Positions 21,089-30,155 of a stretch of DNA of 64,000 nt are shown here, piece after piece. This DNA comes from Bacilli bacterium (GTDB taxonomy: Bacteria > Bacillota_I > Bacilli_A > RF39 > UBA660). The notes below the pieces were generated by a model, which saw only the letters and a list, made by a program, of their open reading frames with translations, searched no databases and was not told the DNA's origin. Position numbers and translations under genes: made by a program. Position 1 is the first letter of the stretch. Every line of letters begins with the position of its first letter. The stretch spans positions 102,304 through 166,303 of the forward strand of contig JAZQNW010000002.1 in NCBI GenBank assembly GCA_045627525.1, read 5' to 3'.

Positions 21089-22012
21089 CTACTTGTTTCC
21101 GACTATTACTTTTCCATCTAAATTACAAATATAGCAATCAGGTAATTTATTTTTAATATAATTTAACATATCTTGATTTTTTTCTATTTGTCTGCCAACA
21201 AAAATACCTTCAATTAACTTAGTTGGCATACCAAACATAATAGCAGATTCTCTATCTGTTGTTGAAGCATTTCTATTAAATCTTTCTTCTAAAAATTTTT
21301 GATAATATCTATAGTCTAAAAATTCTTTTAAACATTCATCTTCAAGTTCAGTATTCCATACATCTGCTTTTGCCATTTCTTTGGCATAATCATTATCCAT
21401 ATTTAAAATAAATGCTATTTGTCTTTTATTCGATACTAAACTTGGAATAAAACGAACCTCTTTTGTCTGTTCTCCAGCAAATGACCAGATATTATCATCA
21501 TCATTTATTTTTTCAGTATATTCATCGAATTTATGGTATGGTACCATTTCACTTTTTAATTTAGAATTAGGTCCTCTGCCGATATTATAAGTTATTGTAA
21601 ATCCACTATATTCATTTATGTAATCTCTTAATAAGCAGTCATCTTTTATATTCCACATTCCAATACTATTCTTTATTTTATTTTTACCTGCTGATGAACC
21701 TGTAAAATCATTACCTATAAATCCATTTTCTAAAATCCAATCAAAGTTATCTAACTTGCCGGGTATTCCATGAATAAAAGTACCTTTTTTCAATACTACA
21801 TCTTGGCCTTTTGTGTACTTATTTTTTGTATTAATTTCTGTTTCATCATAAAATAAATTAATATTTTTTAAGACTAATTCTAGTGCTTTATCTTTAAAAG
21901 TTTGATTTGCGTATGCAATATATTTTTCTTTATTCATAATATCACTGCCTTTTGATATGATTATACCATATTTTTTATAATCTTTATAATAGACTATTAA
22001 TGTTGTAATCAT
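21089..22012 (-). CDS. Hypothetical protein (likely start MNKEK)
   Basis: Long ORF with protein-like composition; FIHG..ILENGF motif. Confidence 0.7.
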   Translation of the reverse strand: MITTLIVYYKDYKKYGIIISKGSDIMNKEKYIAYANQTFKDKALELVLKNINLFYDETEINTKNKYTKGQDVVLKKGTFIHGIPGKLDNFDWILENGFIGNDFTGSSAGKNKIKNSIGMWNIKDDCLLRDYINEYSGFTITYNIGRGPNSKLKSEMVPYHKFDEYTEKINDDDNIWSFAGEQTKEVRFIPSLVSNKRQIAFILNMDNDYAKEMAKADVWNTELEDECLKEFLDYRYYQKFLEERFNRNASTTDRESAIMFGMPTKLIEGIFVGRQIEKNQDMLNYIKNKLPDCYICNLDGKVIVGNK

Positions 22013-22103
22013 TTTGTATACAACGGAGTTTAATTTGGTTTACTAAAAAACATCAAATTAAAAACGAACAAGTTATTTGTTCGTTTTTTAGCGTAGCTTT
22101 ATA

Positions 22104-22544
22104 CTATTTAAATTCAATGCTTGTAATTAAGTTTCCATCACCATTGTAATATTCGATAATAACAGCCTTAGTGTCTGGTGCAATGGTACGAACAGAATCA
22201 AGAACTGAATTAAAAGTGCTTGCTTGATTATTAATAGATGTTTCTAAAGATTCTTTCATAGTTCCAAGAACACTAGCATCGTATGTAGTTTTATAAGTAT
22301 AAACATACACTAAAGAATTATCTTTAGCAACTAAAGTAGCATCTAGTACACTATTAGAAAGATTTTCAACTGCTTCTTTGTTTTCTTCTACAAATTTTTC
22401 TAATTGATTAGTCTTTTCTTCTTTGACAGTACTATCAGTATTAGTAGTATTGTCATTATTATTAGCATTATCCTTTGAAAGACCACATCCAGCAAGAGCA
22501 AAAACAGCTATAACACATACAAAAAGCTTAATAAATTTCTTCAT
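22104..22544 (-). CDS. Lipoprotein (DUF4854-like)
   Basis: Lipobox LAGC; C-terminal EYYNGDG...S.EF. Confidence 0.75.
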   Translation of the reverse strand: MKKFIKLFVCVIAVFALAGCGLSKDNANNNDNTTNTDSTVKEEKTNQLEKFVEENKEAVENLSNSVLDATLVAKDNSLVYVYTYKTTYDASVLGTMKESLETSINNQASTFNSVLDSVRTIAPDTKAVIIEYYNGDGNLITSIEFK

Positions 22545-22611
22545 ACTTCTATACTCCTTCCTATTTTTTTCAGTATATCATGGATATTGTTCTTTTTCAA
22601 GGTGCTTAAAA

Positions 22612-22924
22612 GATATCTAATTTTCTTTCAACTAATAAATCTTAAACTTCTTTTTTGCTAGTAAATTTATCCTTTTCTGTAGCTGTTAAATACACTTTGA
22701 TTAAGTCTTCAATATTTGATATTACGCTTTTATCAAAATTATCTTTAGTGCATATCCATGTAGACCTGTTTTTTGATTCCCTACAAATTATATAATTTTT
22801 TTCGTCATTATATAATTCCAATTCTGGACTTGATAAATCACCTAAAATTAGATGGAATTTATATTTATCTTTTTGAAACTCTGCTGATTTAAATATATCA
22901 TTACTTTGAATCTATTTTTTTCAT
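22612..22924 (-). pseudogene. Frameshifted, truncated gene remnant
   Basis: MKKIDSK-stop, then a shifted open frame NDIFKSAEFQKDKYKFHLILGDLSSPELELYNDEKNYIICR..KKEV-stop-DLLVERK; own promoter (TGGTATAAT) upstream. Confidence 0.6.
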
Positions 22925-23053
22925 AATATCAACTACAATCTTGCTCTAATTATACCATATTAATGAAAAAGATACCCTTCATTATCTAAAAGGCCCTAAA
23001 AATGACTATTGGTAAAATATTTTCATAATATTTCAAACTCTTATTTATCTTTT

Positions 23054-23617
23054 TTAATTAATCTTCGTTAATGTAAAATTTGAATCAAAGAATACTGAAC
23101 CATATCCACCAACAATTTTAGAGCAGTCATCTGATATACTTAAAAATGAGAAATATTTTTCTGAACAATCAGATTCAGGACCACAAGTAGATGGAGCATC
23201 TTTTAATAATAGAGCATTTTCTATTATAGTATAGTGTCCAACCCAATATTGTTCGATACCACTTTTTGTTAATTTATAAGTACCATCTTCTTTTAAATCA
23301 ACAGTTATTGTTCCATTTACATTTTGCCCAGTTCTAGCATCTTGATAAATAGCTCCTTCACCACTATACGTTCCTATACAACTTCTTGTCTCAATGGTAT
23401 TGTTTTTTTCATTTGCTGTTTCTGTCTTAATTTGCGTTTCCTCTTTTTCAATTTTCTCTGTTGGTTCTTTCTTTTCAGCATCCGATATTGTTGCTCTTTC
23501 TTTAGACATTATTTTATCTTTGTTGACAAAGATAAATGCTCCCATTCCTACACATGCTATTAATAAAATAACTATAAGTACAACTAATCCTACATTACTC
23601 TTTTTCTTTTCTTCCAT
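23054..23617 (-). CDS. Hypothetical membrane-anchored protein
   Basis: MEEKKK start, one TM helix, Cys-containing beta-rich ectodomain. Confidence 0.7.
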   Translation of the reverse strand: MEEKKKSNVGLVVLIVILLIACVGMGAFIFVNKDKIMSKERATISDAEKKEPTEKIEKEETQIKTETANEKNNTIETRSCIGTYSGEGAIYQDARTGQNVNGTITVDLKEDGTYKLTKSGIEQYWVGHYTIIENALLLKDAPSTCGPESDCSEKYFSFLSISDDCSKIVGGYGSVFFDSNFTLTKIN

Positions 23618-23760
23618 TTAGATTACTCCTTTCTATTATATTTTGATTATATCATAGTTTTCTATCTTTGAATTAAAAAAAGACTTTTTCAAGTCTTTTA
23701 AATGCCTCTCTTATTCTTCCTTAAAATTATTTTCATATTCCCACAAAGTCTTGTAATTGC

Positions 23761-23805
23761 TTACTTTCCGCAACACGCCTTATACTTTTTACCTGAACCA
23801 CATGC
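23761..23805 (-). repeat. Displaced secA 3'-tail copy T4 (att-like site)
   Basis: gca tgt ggt tca ggt aaa aag tat aag gcg tgt tgc gga aag taa = ACGSGKKYKACCGK*. Confidence 0.92.
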
Positions 23806-24073
23806 AACAGCTAATACTGTCACACATTGTATTTTTATTCGTTAAATTCCCTTATTTAATGGCTTTTTGGTATATATTTTATACTTATTACCCTATTTTA
23901 GTAAATTGCTTACATAGGCTTATTTTATGCCTAATACTGGCTATTTAGCAAAGAAACTTTATATCATTTTGTCCACATCCAATGAGTTGCTATTCACTAA
24001 AAAAGACAATGTTACTACTATCTCTATAATTACTTCAAATATATTATTTTCTACATATTGAAATAATGCGTAA

Positions 24074-24970
24074 TTAGTTTTTTTTCTTAAATCTATTTTC
24101 AATTACAAAAATACTAATTAATATAATAATTGATATTATCATAATAATATACATTGTATTCATGTTAACACTATTATTAAAAAATTTTAAATTACAATCT
24201 AACGAATCTTTTATTCCATTAATAACTTCATTAGAAACACCATTATTAGATAATTCTTTTAACGATGCAGACATTGCATGATTTTTTATTAATGAAGTTC
24301 CATATGTGCCTGGCAAAAAAGATAAAACTTTTTGTAATCCAATATTAAATGAAGATATTGGCATATATGCTCCACATATAAAACCATATCCAGCACTGAC
24401 CATAGTTCCAACAGCAGATACTTGTCCTTGACTCTTTAATCTAAAATTAATAACAGATGATAAAGCACAACCAAATAAAGTTAAAATCACTATATCTAAT
24501 ATTAATAACAATATATCAGATACTCCATAAAACCACCCTTGAGTATATGTGTAAATTAAACATAATACTAAAGCTACTATATTTACAATAATTGTTGATA
24601 TAAATGATGCAAAGAAATAAGATAAACTTTTAATCCCATTACTTATTGGTGATATATCTATATCTTTTGCAGGACCATTAACTTTATCAGTTACCATTAA
24701 TAAATTAGAAGTAAAAGCCACTGTAATACAGCTTACAGCTAATAATGAAGATAATATCTCACCACTGACTAATGAATGTATTATTTTATTAGATATATTT
24801 AATTCTTCAGGAATAGCACTTATGAAACTATCTTCAAATATACCACCTAAAAATGAAGCATATAAAACTAATAGAATAGCAGGAGTAATTAGTGAAGTGA
24901 TAAACATTGATTTATCGCTAAAATAAACTTTAATATTTCTTAATGTTAAATTAATAAATTTTTTCATCAT
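24074..24970 (-). CDS. ABC-2 type permease
   Basis: RNIKVYFSDK, DKVNG...D..ISP, GFICGAYMP, PGTYG. Confidence 0.85.
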   Translation of the reverse strand: MMKKFINLTLRNIKVYFSDKSMFITSLITPAILLVLYASFLGGIFEDSFISAIPEELNISNKIIHSLVSGEILSSLLAVSCITVAFTSNLLMVTDKVNGPAKDIDISPISNGIKSLSYFFASFISTIIVNIVALVLCLIYTYTQGWFYGVSDILLLILDIVILTLFGCALSSVINFRLKSQGQVSAVGTMVSAGYGFICGAYMPISSFNIGLQKVLSFLPGTYGTSLIKNHAMSASLKELSNNGVSNEVINGIKDSLDCNLKFFNNSVNMNTMYIIMIISIIILISIFVIENRFKKKN

Positions 24971-25884
24971 TCTGCCTCCAATTTATAACCTGTTGCTTCT
25001 AGGAACACATCATCCATATTTCCTTTAATTATTTCATAATCTTGAAATACTTCTTTATTCTTTACTATTAAATTTGTTGCTTCTTTAGACGATTTAATAT
25101 TTAATTTATAAGAATTCTTTATCTTTTTATATGGTAAATTTAATTTCTTAACTAACTCTTCATCAGTATTATATAAATAAATTACATCTGATGCATATTT
25201 ATTTTTTAAATCAATTGAAGTACCTTCTGCAACTATTTTTCCTCTATCTAATATAACAATATAATCTGCATCTGTTGTTTCTTCCATATAATGTGTTGTT
25301 AAAAATATCGTCATTTTATAATCTTTTCTTAATTTTTCAATAATAGTCCAAATTTTTTTTCTAGTTCCTGGATCTAATCCTGTTGTTGGTTCATCTAATA
25401 TTAATATTTCAGGTTTATGAATTATAGATCTTGCTATATCTACCTTTCTTCTTTGTCCACCTGATAACTTACCAAGTTGTTGATTCTTAATATTCTTTAA
25501 TTCGAACAATTTATCTAATTCATTAAATCTATTAACAAAATCATTACCAACTATTCCATATAAGCCTGCTCTATACTTTAAATTTTCATAAACAGATAAT
25601 GATTTATCTAATACTGTATCTTGAAATACAACACCTATTAAATGTTTTATTTTACCAATATCAGTTGATACATCATATCCACATACATTAATAGAACCTT
25701 TATCAATATTAAGATTTCCACAAATCATACCAATTGTAGTAGATTTACCAGCACCATTAATGCCTAAAAAAGCAAACAATTCACCTTTCTTTACTTTAAA
25801 ATTCAAACCATTAACAGCTTTAACATCTCCAAACGATTTATATAAATTATTTATTTTAATTATATCATCCATATAACTCACCAT
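24967..25884 (-). CDS. ABC transporter ATP-binding protein
   Basis: GINGAGKST, LSGGQRR, ILDEPTTGLDP, TTHYMEE. Confidence 0.92.
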   Translation of the reverse strand: MVSYMDDIIKINNLYKSFGDVKAVNGLNFKVKKGELFAFLGINGAGKSTTIGMICGNLNIDKGSINVCGYDVSTDIGKIKHLIGVVFQDTVLDKSLSVYENLKYRAGLYGIVGNDFVNRFNELDKLFELKNIKNQQLGKLSGGQRRKVDIARSIIHKPEILILDEPTTGLDPGTRKKIWTIIEKLRKDYKMTIFLTTHYMEETTDADYIVILDRGKIVAEGTSIDLKNKYASDVIYLYNTDEELVKKLNLPYKKIKNSYKLNIKSSKEATNLIVKNKEVFQDYEIIKGNMDDVFLEATGYKLEAE

Positions 25885-25993
25885 CCATCAACAATTATAC
25901 ACTAAAAAAAGTATTTACCTATACCTTCTCATAAATTAGTTATTGCGCATTATTCCTTAAAAAACGAATCTAATCGCTAAATTGTAATTTGTT

Positions 25994-26710
25994 TTATTCT
26001 TTAACCTTTTTATTTATATAACATGAATAAATAAAAGGAACAATAATTAATACTATTGGTGCAATGTATAGTGAAATTGTGTTTTCAATATTAAATATTG
26101 ATGTTGCATTAATTACGATATGTGTCACAATACACGGAATAAGTGATTTACTTTTATAAAAAATAGTAACAAATAAATAACCAAGTGAAACTGCATAACA
26201 TATTTGTATTAAAGTTGGTATTAAGTCTGCACCATTTAATAAGTTAACTATATGGCCTATTCCAAATGTTAATGAACTTACAATAATTGCACTTTTTACA
26301 TTATCTTTAGCCATCATTTTAAATAGAAATCCTCTAAAAATTATTTCTTCAATAAACCCAACATTAATCATAGTTAAAATATGAAATATTATTTCAGAAG
26401 TTGATTTATTTAAATTAAACCCATTCCATAAATTTACACTTACTATTAAGAATAACGGAACAAAATATAAATATTCTTTTATATTATTAATTTTTCTTAA
26501 TCCATAGTACTCAATTCTTTTTAAAACAATCATAGTCCAAATCAAAACAAATGATAATATAGTATTTATAATAAAACTTATTAAACTCGCATAACCATAG
26601 TTTTGCATACAATATGAATTAACAAATACATATGCTATTATTAAAAGAATACAAAATAAAGTCTCATTTTTTTCAAATTTTTGTTTCATAAACAATCCTC
26701 CATTTAACAA
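25994..26710 (-). CDS. CPBP (CAAX/Abi) intramembrane metalloprotease
   Basis: EEIIFRG, FGIGH, H...N motifs. Confidence 0.88.
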   Translation of the reverse strand: MLNGGLFMKQKFEKNETLFCILLIIAYVFVNSYCMQNYGYASLISFIINTILSFVLIWTMIVLKRIEYYGLRKINNIKEYLYFVPLFLIVSVNLWNGFNLNKSTSEIIFHILTMINVGFIEEIIFRGFLFKMMAKDNVKSAIIVSSLTFGIGHIVNLLNGADLIPTLIQICYAVSLGYLFVTIFYKSKSLIPCIVTHIVINATSIFNIENTISLYIAPIVLIIVPFIYSCYINKKVKE

Positions 26711-26877
26711 GTTACTATTTATCTTTCTCTTACACCTATATTATACAACAAAAAAGATGGAATATTTCATCCACCTTTAAATAGCACCTTATTTTCCCTT
26801 AATTAAATCATCGGATCTAATTCGGATCTAAAGTCATATTTTTAATTTTTAAAATCTTCGTAAAGCCTTATATTTTC

Positions 26878-26922
26878 TTATTTTCCGCAGCATACCTTAT
26901 ACTTCTTTCCCGATCCACATGG
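26878..26922 (-). repeat. Displaced secA 3'-tail copy T3 (att-like site)
   Basis: cca tgt gga tcg gga aag aag tat aag gta tgc tgc gga aaa taa = PCGSGKKYKVCCGK*. Confidence 0.93.
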
Positions 26923-27187
26923 CTTTTTTATTTGGTCAATTCTACTCCATTTAATAGCATTTAACCGCCATTTCTCTTTAAAAAAGTTATATAGCTCACT
27001 TCTGTTCACTGTGGATTTTGTAGTAGAACTTATCTAAAAACTTATCCAAAAATCATTTTATTTTGCTTAATTCATTAATCATTCCAAATATATTTTTATA
27101 TGATACTGGTAGAATCTAGGAAAACAGACATTTTTATTTTATATTTTCCTACATTTTTATATCAGCTTTAAAATACGCCTTATAATT

Positions 27188-27751
27188 CTACTGATTTTTT
27201 TTATATTGAACCCCATCAATAATTACATATTCTCTATCATCACTAAATTCTATATTAAAATAATTAGGCACCTGTTGACTCGGAGCTAAATATTTTTTTA
27301 TATCTACTGAAATTTCATTCTCAGAAACAATATTTTCTAAATTAATATCACCTTGATAATATTTGCATAACACATAAGAATCAATTGGATATTTGTTGTA
27401 ATCAAATCCTATTATTTCCTCAATAGTTTCTAATTGATTAGTTTCTGGATTTATAAAATCCAATATTGCTTTATATTCAGGATTGTCATTTTCATATGAT
27501 CCTGTAGTTTGAATATCTCTAACTATTCCGTAACATTCAATACCATATTTTTTTGTTTTTCTATCCTTTATTATTTTTCTTAAACCACTAATTAACAGAT
27601 ATAATCCAATAACTTCAAATAGAATAAAAATGATAAATAGAAATGGATCCATGTCCACTCCACCTCTTTGCTCACCAGGAACAATCAAGCACATAATAAA
27701 TATTGGTGTTATAATACTTGTCCATACAAGTCCAAATTTAAATTTAAACAT
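27188..27751 (-). CDS. Hypothetical membrane protein (two TM helices plus DUF3592-like beta domain)
   Basis: Two N-terminal TMs, KKYGIECYGIV, soluble C-terminus. Confidence 0.65.
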   Translation of the reverse strand: MFKFKFGLVWTSIITPIFIMCLIVPGEQRGGVDMDPFLFIIFILFEVIGLYLLISGLRKIIKDRKTKKYGIECYGIVRDIQTTGSYENDNPEYKAILDFINPETNQLETIEEIIGFDYNKYPIDSYVLCKYYQGDINLENIVSENEISVDIKKYLAPSQQVPNYFNIEFSDDREYVIIDGVQYKKNQ

Positions 27752-27881
27752 ATCTTATACTCCTTTTTATACTATTTTATATACAATATTCTTTTATCAT
27801 AAAAAGCTTATCTAAAACTTATCTAAATGCAATTTTTTTCGTCTTTTTATTTTTTACATCTTTGCAAACCCTTGTAATTGC

Positions 27882-27926
27882 TTACTTTCCGCAACATTGT
27901 TTGTACTTTTTACCACTTCCACATGG
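27882..27926 (-). repeat. Displaced secA 3'-tail copy T2 (att-like site)
   Basis: cca tgt gga agt ggt aaa aag tac aaa caa tgt tgc gga aag taa = PCGSGKKYKQCCGK*. Confidence 0.94.
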
Positions 27927-28090
27927 TGTTAGGAAAGTTCCATTTTGGTTCGATTTAGCCAGTCAAACTTGCTATAAAGTTCGTCTTGGCTCGTCAAAGT
28001 AGCCTCAAACTTCGTTTTGGCACGATGGGTAAATTTTCAAAACGTATCTAAAATCGTATCTATCATATTATTTCGTTTTTGATTTCGTAT

Positions 28091-29020
28091 CTAATATTTA
28101 TTTGTTAAAGTACGATGATATAACATTTTCATTTTTGATTTATCTTGTCCAAGAAGCCAGATATAATCATTTATATCTATTCTTGAAATTTTATTATTAA
28201 GTTTATTTGCAATATAGTTAATTACAACAATATCATTCGCTCTAATTTCAATTTCCATTTTAGAATCTTTTTCTATTTCTATCTTATTATCAACTAAATT
28301 GGCTAATTCATCATTAAATTCTAAAATCCCATAACATCTCATTACTTGAGGTATTTTATAATCTGCACATCCTGCTAAATTCGAATAATCTACTTCGACA
28401 TTTTCTAATTTTTCTCTTACATGTAATATATCAGATGTAAGTAGTTGTGCTCTTTTGTAAAAATATACTTTGTAATTTGAGTATTCGCTTTCATCCTCGA
28501 AATAAGGAAACTTATCTATTATATAATTAAATAACTCATTATCCTTTGTATATTGTTCAATTAAAGAATAAAAATCATTTTGCTGTAAGATTTTATTCAT
28601 CTCAACTAAATTATCAAATCTGTCATCAAATAATGGGATTTCAGTATTGCCTTTTAATAACTTTCTAAATTCTTCTTTAGACATATTAAATTGGTTACCA
28701 TTTTTAATATTGTTTAAAACAATATACATCATTGCATAAGATCCATCTAATTTACCTACATCTGAATCAATTTCCCATTTTGGTTCTCCCCAAAAACAAT
28801 AATCCCCAATTGTGTGATAAACAATTAGAAAATTAATGATTGTTCTACAATCTGACTCCAAAATATTAAATGGATTCGTATCTAACCAATATCTTATTTT
28901 TGATATATCCAGATTATCAATCACTCTATCTAATACTTCAAAATTAATTTTGACATACTTAGATTCTTCACTTACCTTTTTGCATGATTCTATTACATTA
29001 CTCAATATATTTTTGCTCAT
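28091..29020 (-). CDS. Queuosine salvage family protein (Qng1/DUF2419-like N-glycosylase)
   Basis: FYKRAQLL..D, ADYKIPQVMR..GIL, EIEIRA, DYIWLLG, HRT...Y motifs. Confidence 0.85.
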   Translation of the reverse strand: MSKNILSNVIESCKKVSEESKYVKINFEVLDRVIDNLDISKIRYWLDTNPFNILESDCRTIINFLIVYHTIGDYCFWGEPKWEIDSDVGKLDGSYAMMYIVLNNIKNGNQFNMSKEEFRKLLKGNTEIPLFDDRFDNLVEMNKILQQNDFYSLIEQYTKDNELFNYIIDKFPYFEDESEYSNYKVYFYKRAQLLTSDILHVREKLENVEVDYSNLAGCADYKIPQVMRCYGILEFNDELANLVDNKIEIEKDSKMEIEIRANDIVVINYIANKLNNKISRIDINDYIWLLGQDKSKMKMLYHRTLTNKY

Positions 29021-29150
29021 AACAGACCTCCAAAATAATTATACCATATTAATAAAAAAGATACGATTTTGGTACTAAAATATCGTATCTAATGGTACTT
29101 TTTTACCATTTTTTGAATCTTATAAATCTTCGAAAAGCCTTATTTTATCG

Positions 29151-29195
29151 CTATTTTCCGCAACAGTTCTTATATTTCTTACCACTTCCACATGG
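29151..29195 (-). repeat. Displaced secA 3'-tail copy T1 (att-like site)
   Basis: cca tgt gga agt ggt aag aaa tat aag aac tgt tgc gga aaa tag = PCGSGKKYKNCCGK*. Confidence 0.94.
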
Positions 29196-29260
29196 ATGCG
29201 ATTTTTCGAACTCCCGAGGCTATAGTTGGCTTTAAAACCTTTATAAAACCTCATAATTTC

Positions 29261-29322
29261 ACGTTTGAGAACGTTTGAGAACTTCTGAGAACGCTACCAA
29301 AACGTATGTAAAAACGTATGTG
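29261..29322 (+). repeat. 10-bp tandem repeats plus 12-bp direct repeat pair (putative recombination arm)
   Basis: ACGTTTGAGA x2 + ACTTCTGAGA, then AAAACGTATGTA / AAAACGTATGTG. Confidence 0.8.
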
Positions 29323-29333
29323 AAATTCAAAAA

Positions 29334-30116
29334 CTAATTTTTCTTATTCTGCAGTTGTTTCACAAGTTTTCTAAATTGTTTGTCTATTCTAGATATCTGA
29401 TACTTATATTTTTCACAGGTAATAAAACATAAAAATTTTTCTATACATTTAAACATTTCATAACTTGCTATAATTAAATTTTCATCAAAATTAGTATAAG
29501 AAAAACTTAAATATGTTACTTTATCATCTTCTCCAAGTTGTAGTTTTTCCACTAATGACCCTATACCATAATGAGTATCTTGTGAAAGGAGTGAGTATTG
29601 TTTTTCATATTCTGATTTTAGTGAGCTATTATTTGCCCAAGATTCAATGCTCATTTTTTTATTTTCATAGTTATCAAAATCATAATCTTCTTTATTTATT
29701 TTATCAATTAAATCATCATACCAATTATTCTTATTATCCAAAATTTGTTTAGCCCAATATGTTGAATAATATTCTTGCTCTGCTACAACTTTATTATAAT
29801 TTCTTTTATTTTTTATAACAGCAAACAGTTTAAATTTTTTTTCATAAAATGTCCTTAAAAGTACACGGTAATCAGAAACTAATCCTCGTTCTAATAATAA
29901 TATTTCTGACGAATAAGTAGTATAGCAGTCATAAATTGTACATATTATATATTTTTCCCTATCATTAGTATATTTTTTACAATCCTCATCATTCATAATT
30001 TTATCAATTAATTCAATTATTGAAAAAACCAATTTATATTGCTCTGTATGTTTCTTTCTAAAATTATTAACTAATAAATAGGCATTATTATCTAAAAAAT
30101 CGTATTGAATATTCAT
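29334..30116 (-). CDS. DUF5677-like helical protein
   Basis: LLRTFYE and Y..LS..TH motifs. Confidence 0.55.
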   Translation of the reverse strand: MNIQYDFLDNNAYLLVNNFRKKHTEQYKLVFSIIELIDKIMNDEDCKKYTNDREKYIICTIYDCYTTYSSEILLLERGLVSDYRVLLRTFYEKKFKLFAVIKNKRNYNKVVAEQEYYSTYWAKQILDNKNNWYDDLIDKINKEDYDFDNYENKKMSIESWANNSSLKSEYEKQYSLLSQDTHYGIGSLVEKLQLGEDDKVTYLSFSYTNFDENLIIASYEMFKCIEKFLCFITCEKYKYQISRIDKQFRKLVKQLQNKKN

Positions 30117-30155
30117 TTAACCACTACCTCCATTTTTAAATTACATATACTTTTT

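Noticed and set aside
23757-23948. 63-aa + strand ORF over T4, and ORF 31060-31428 antisense to the secA end
   Set aside because: Shadow ORFs on the antisense of the SEC-C tail, with no RBS or family motifs
27050-27170. Possible integrase C-terminal remnant (MINELSKIK*) next to cassette 3 arm repeats
   Set aside because: Too short and no catalytic H/Y motif recognisable
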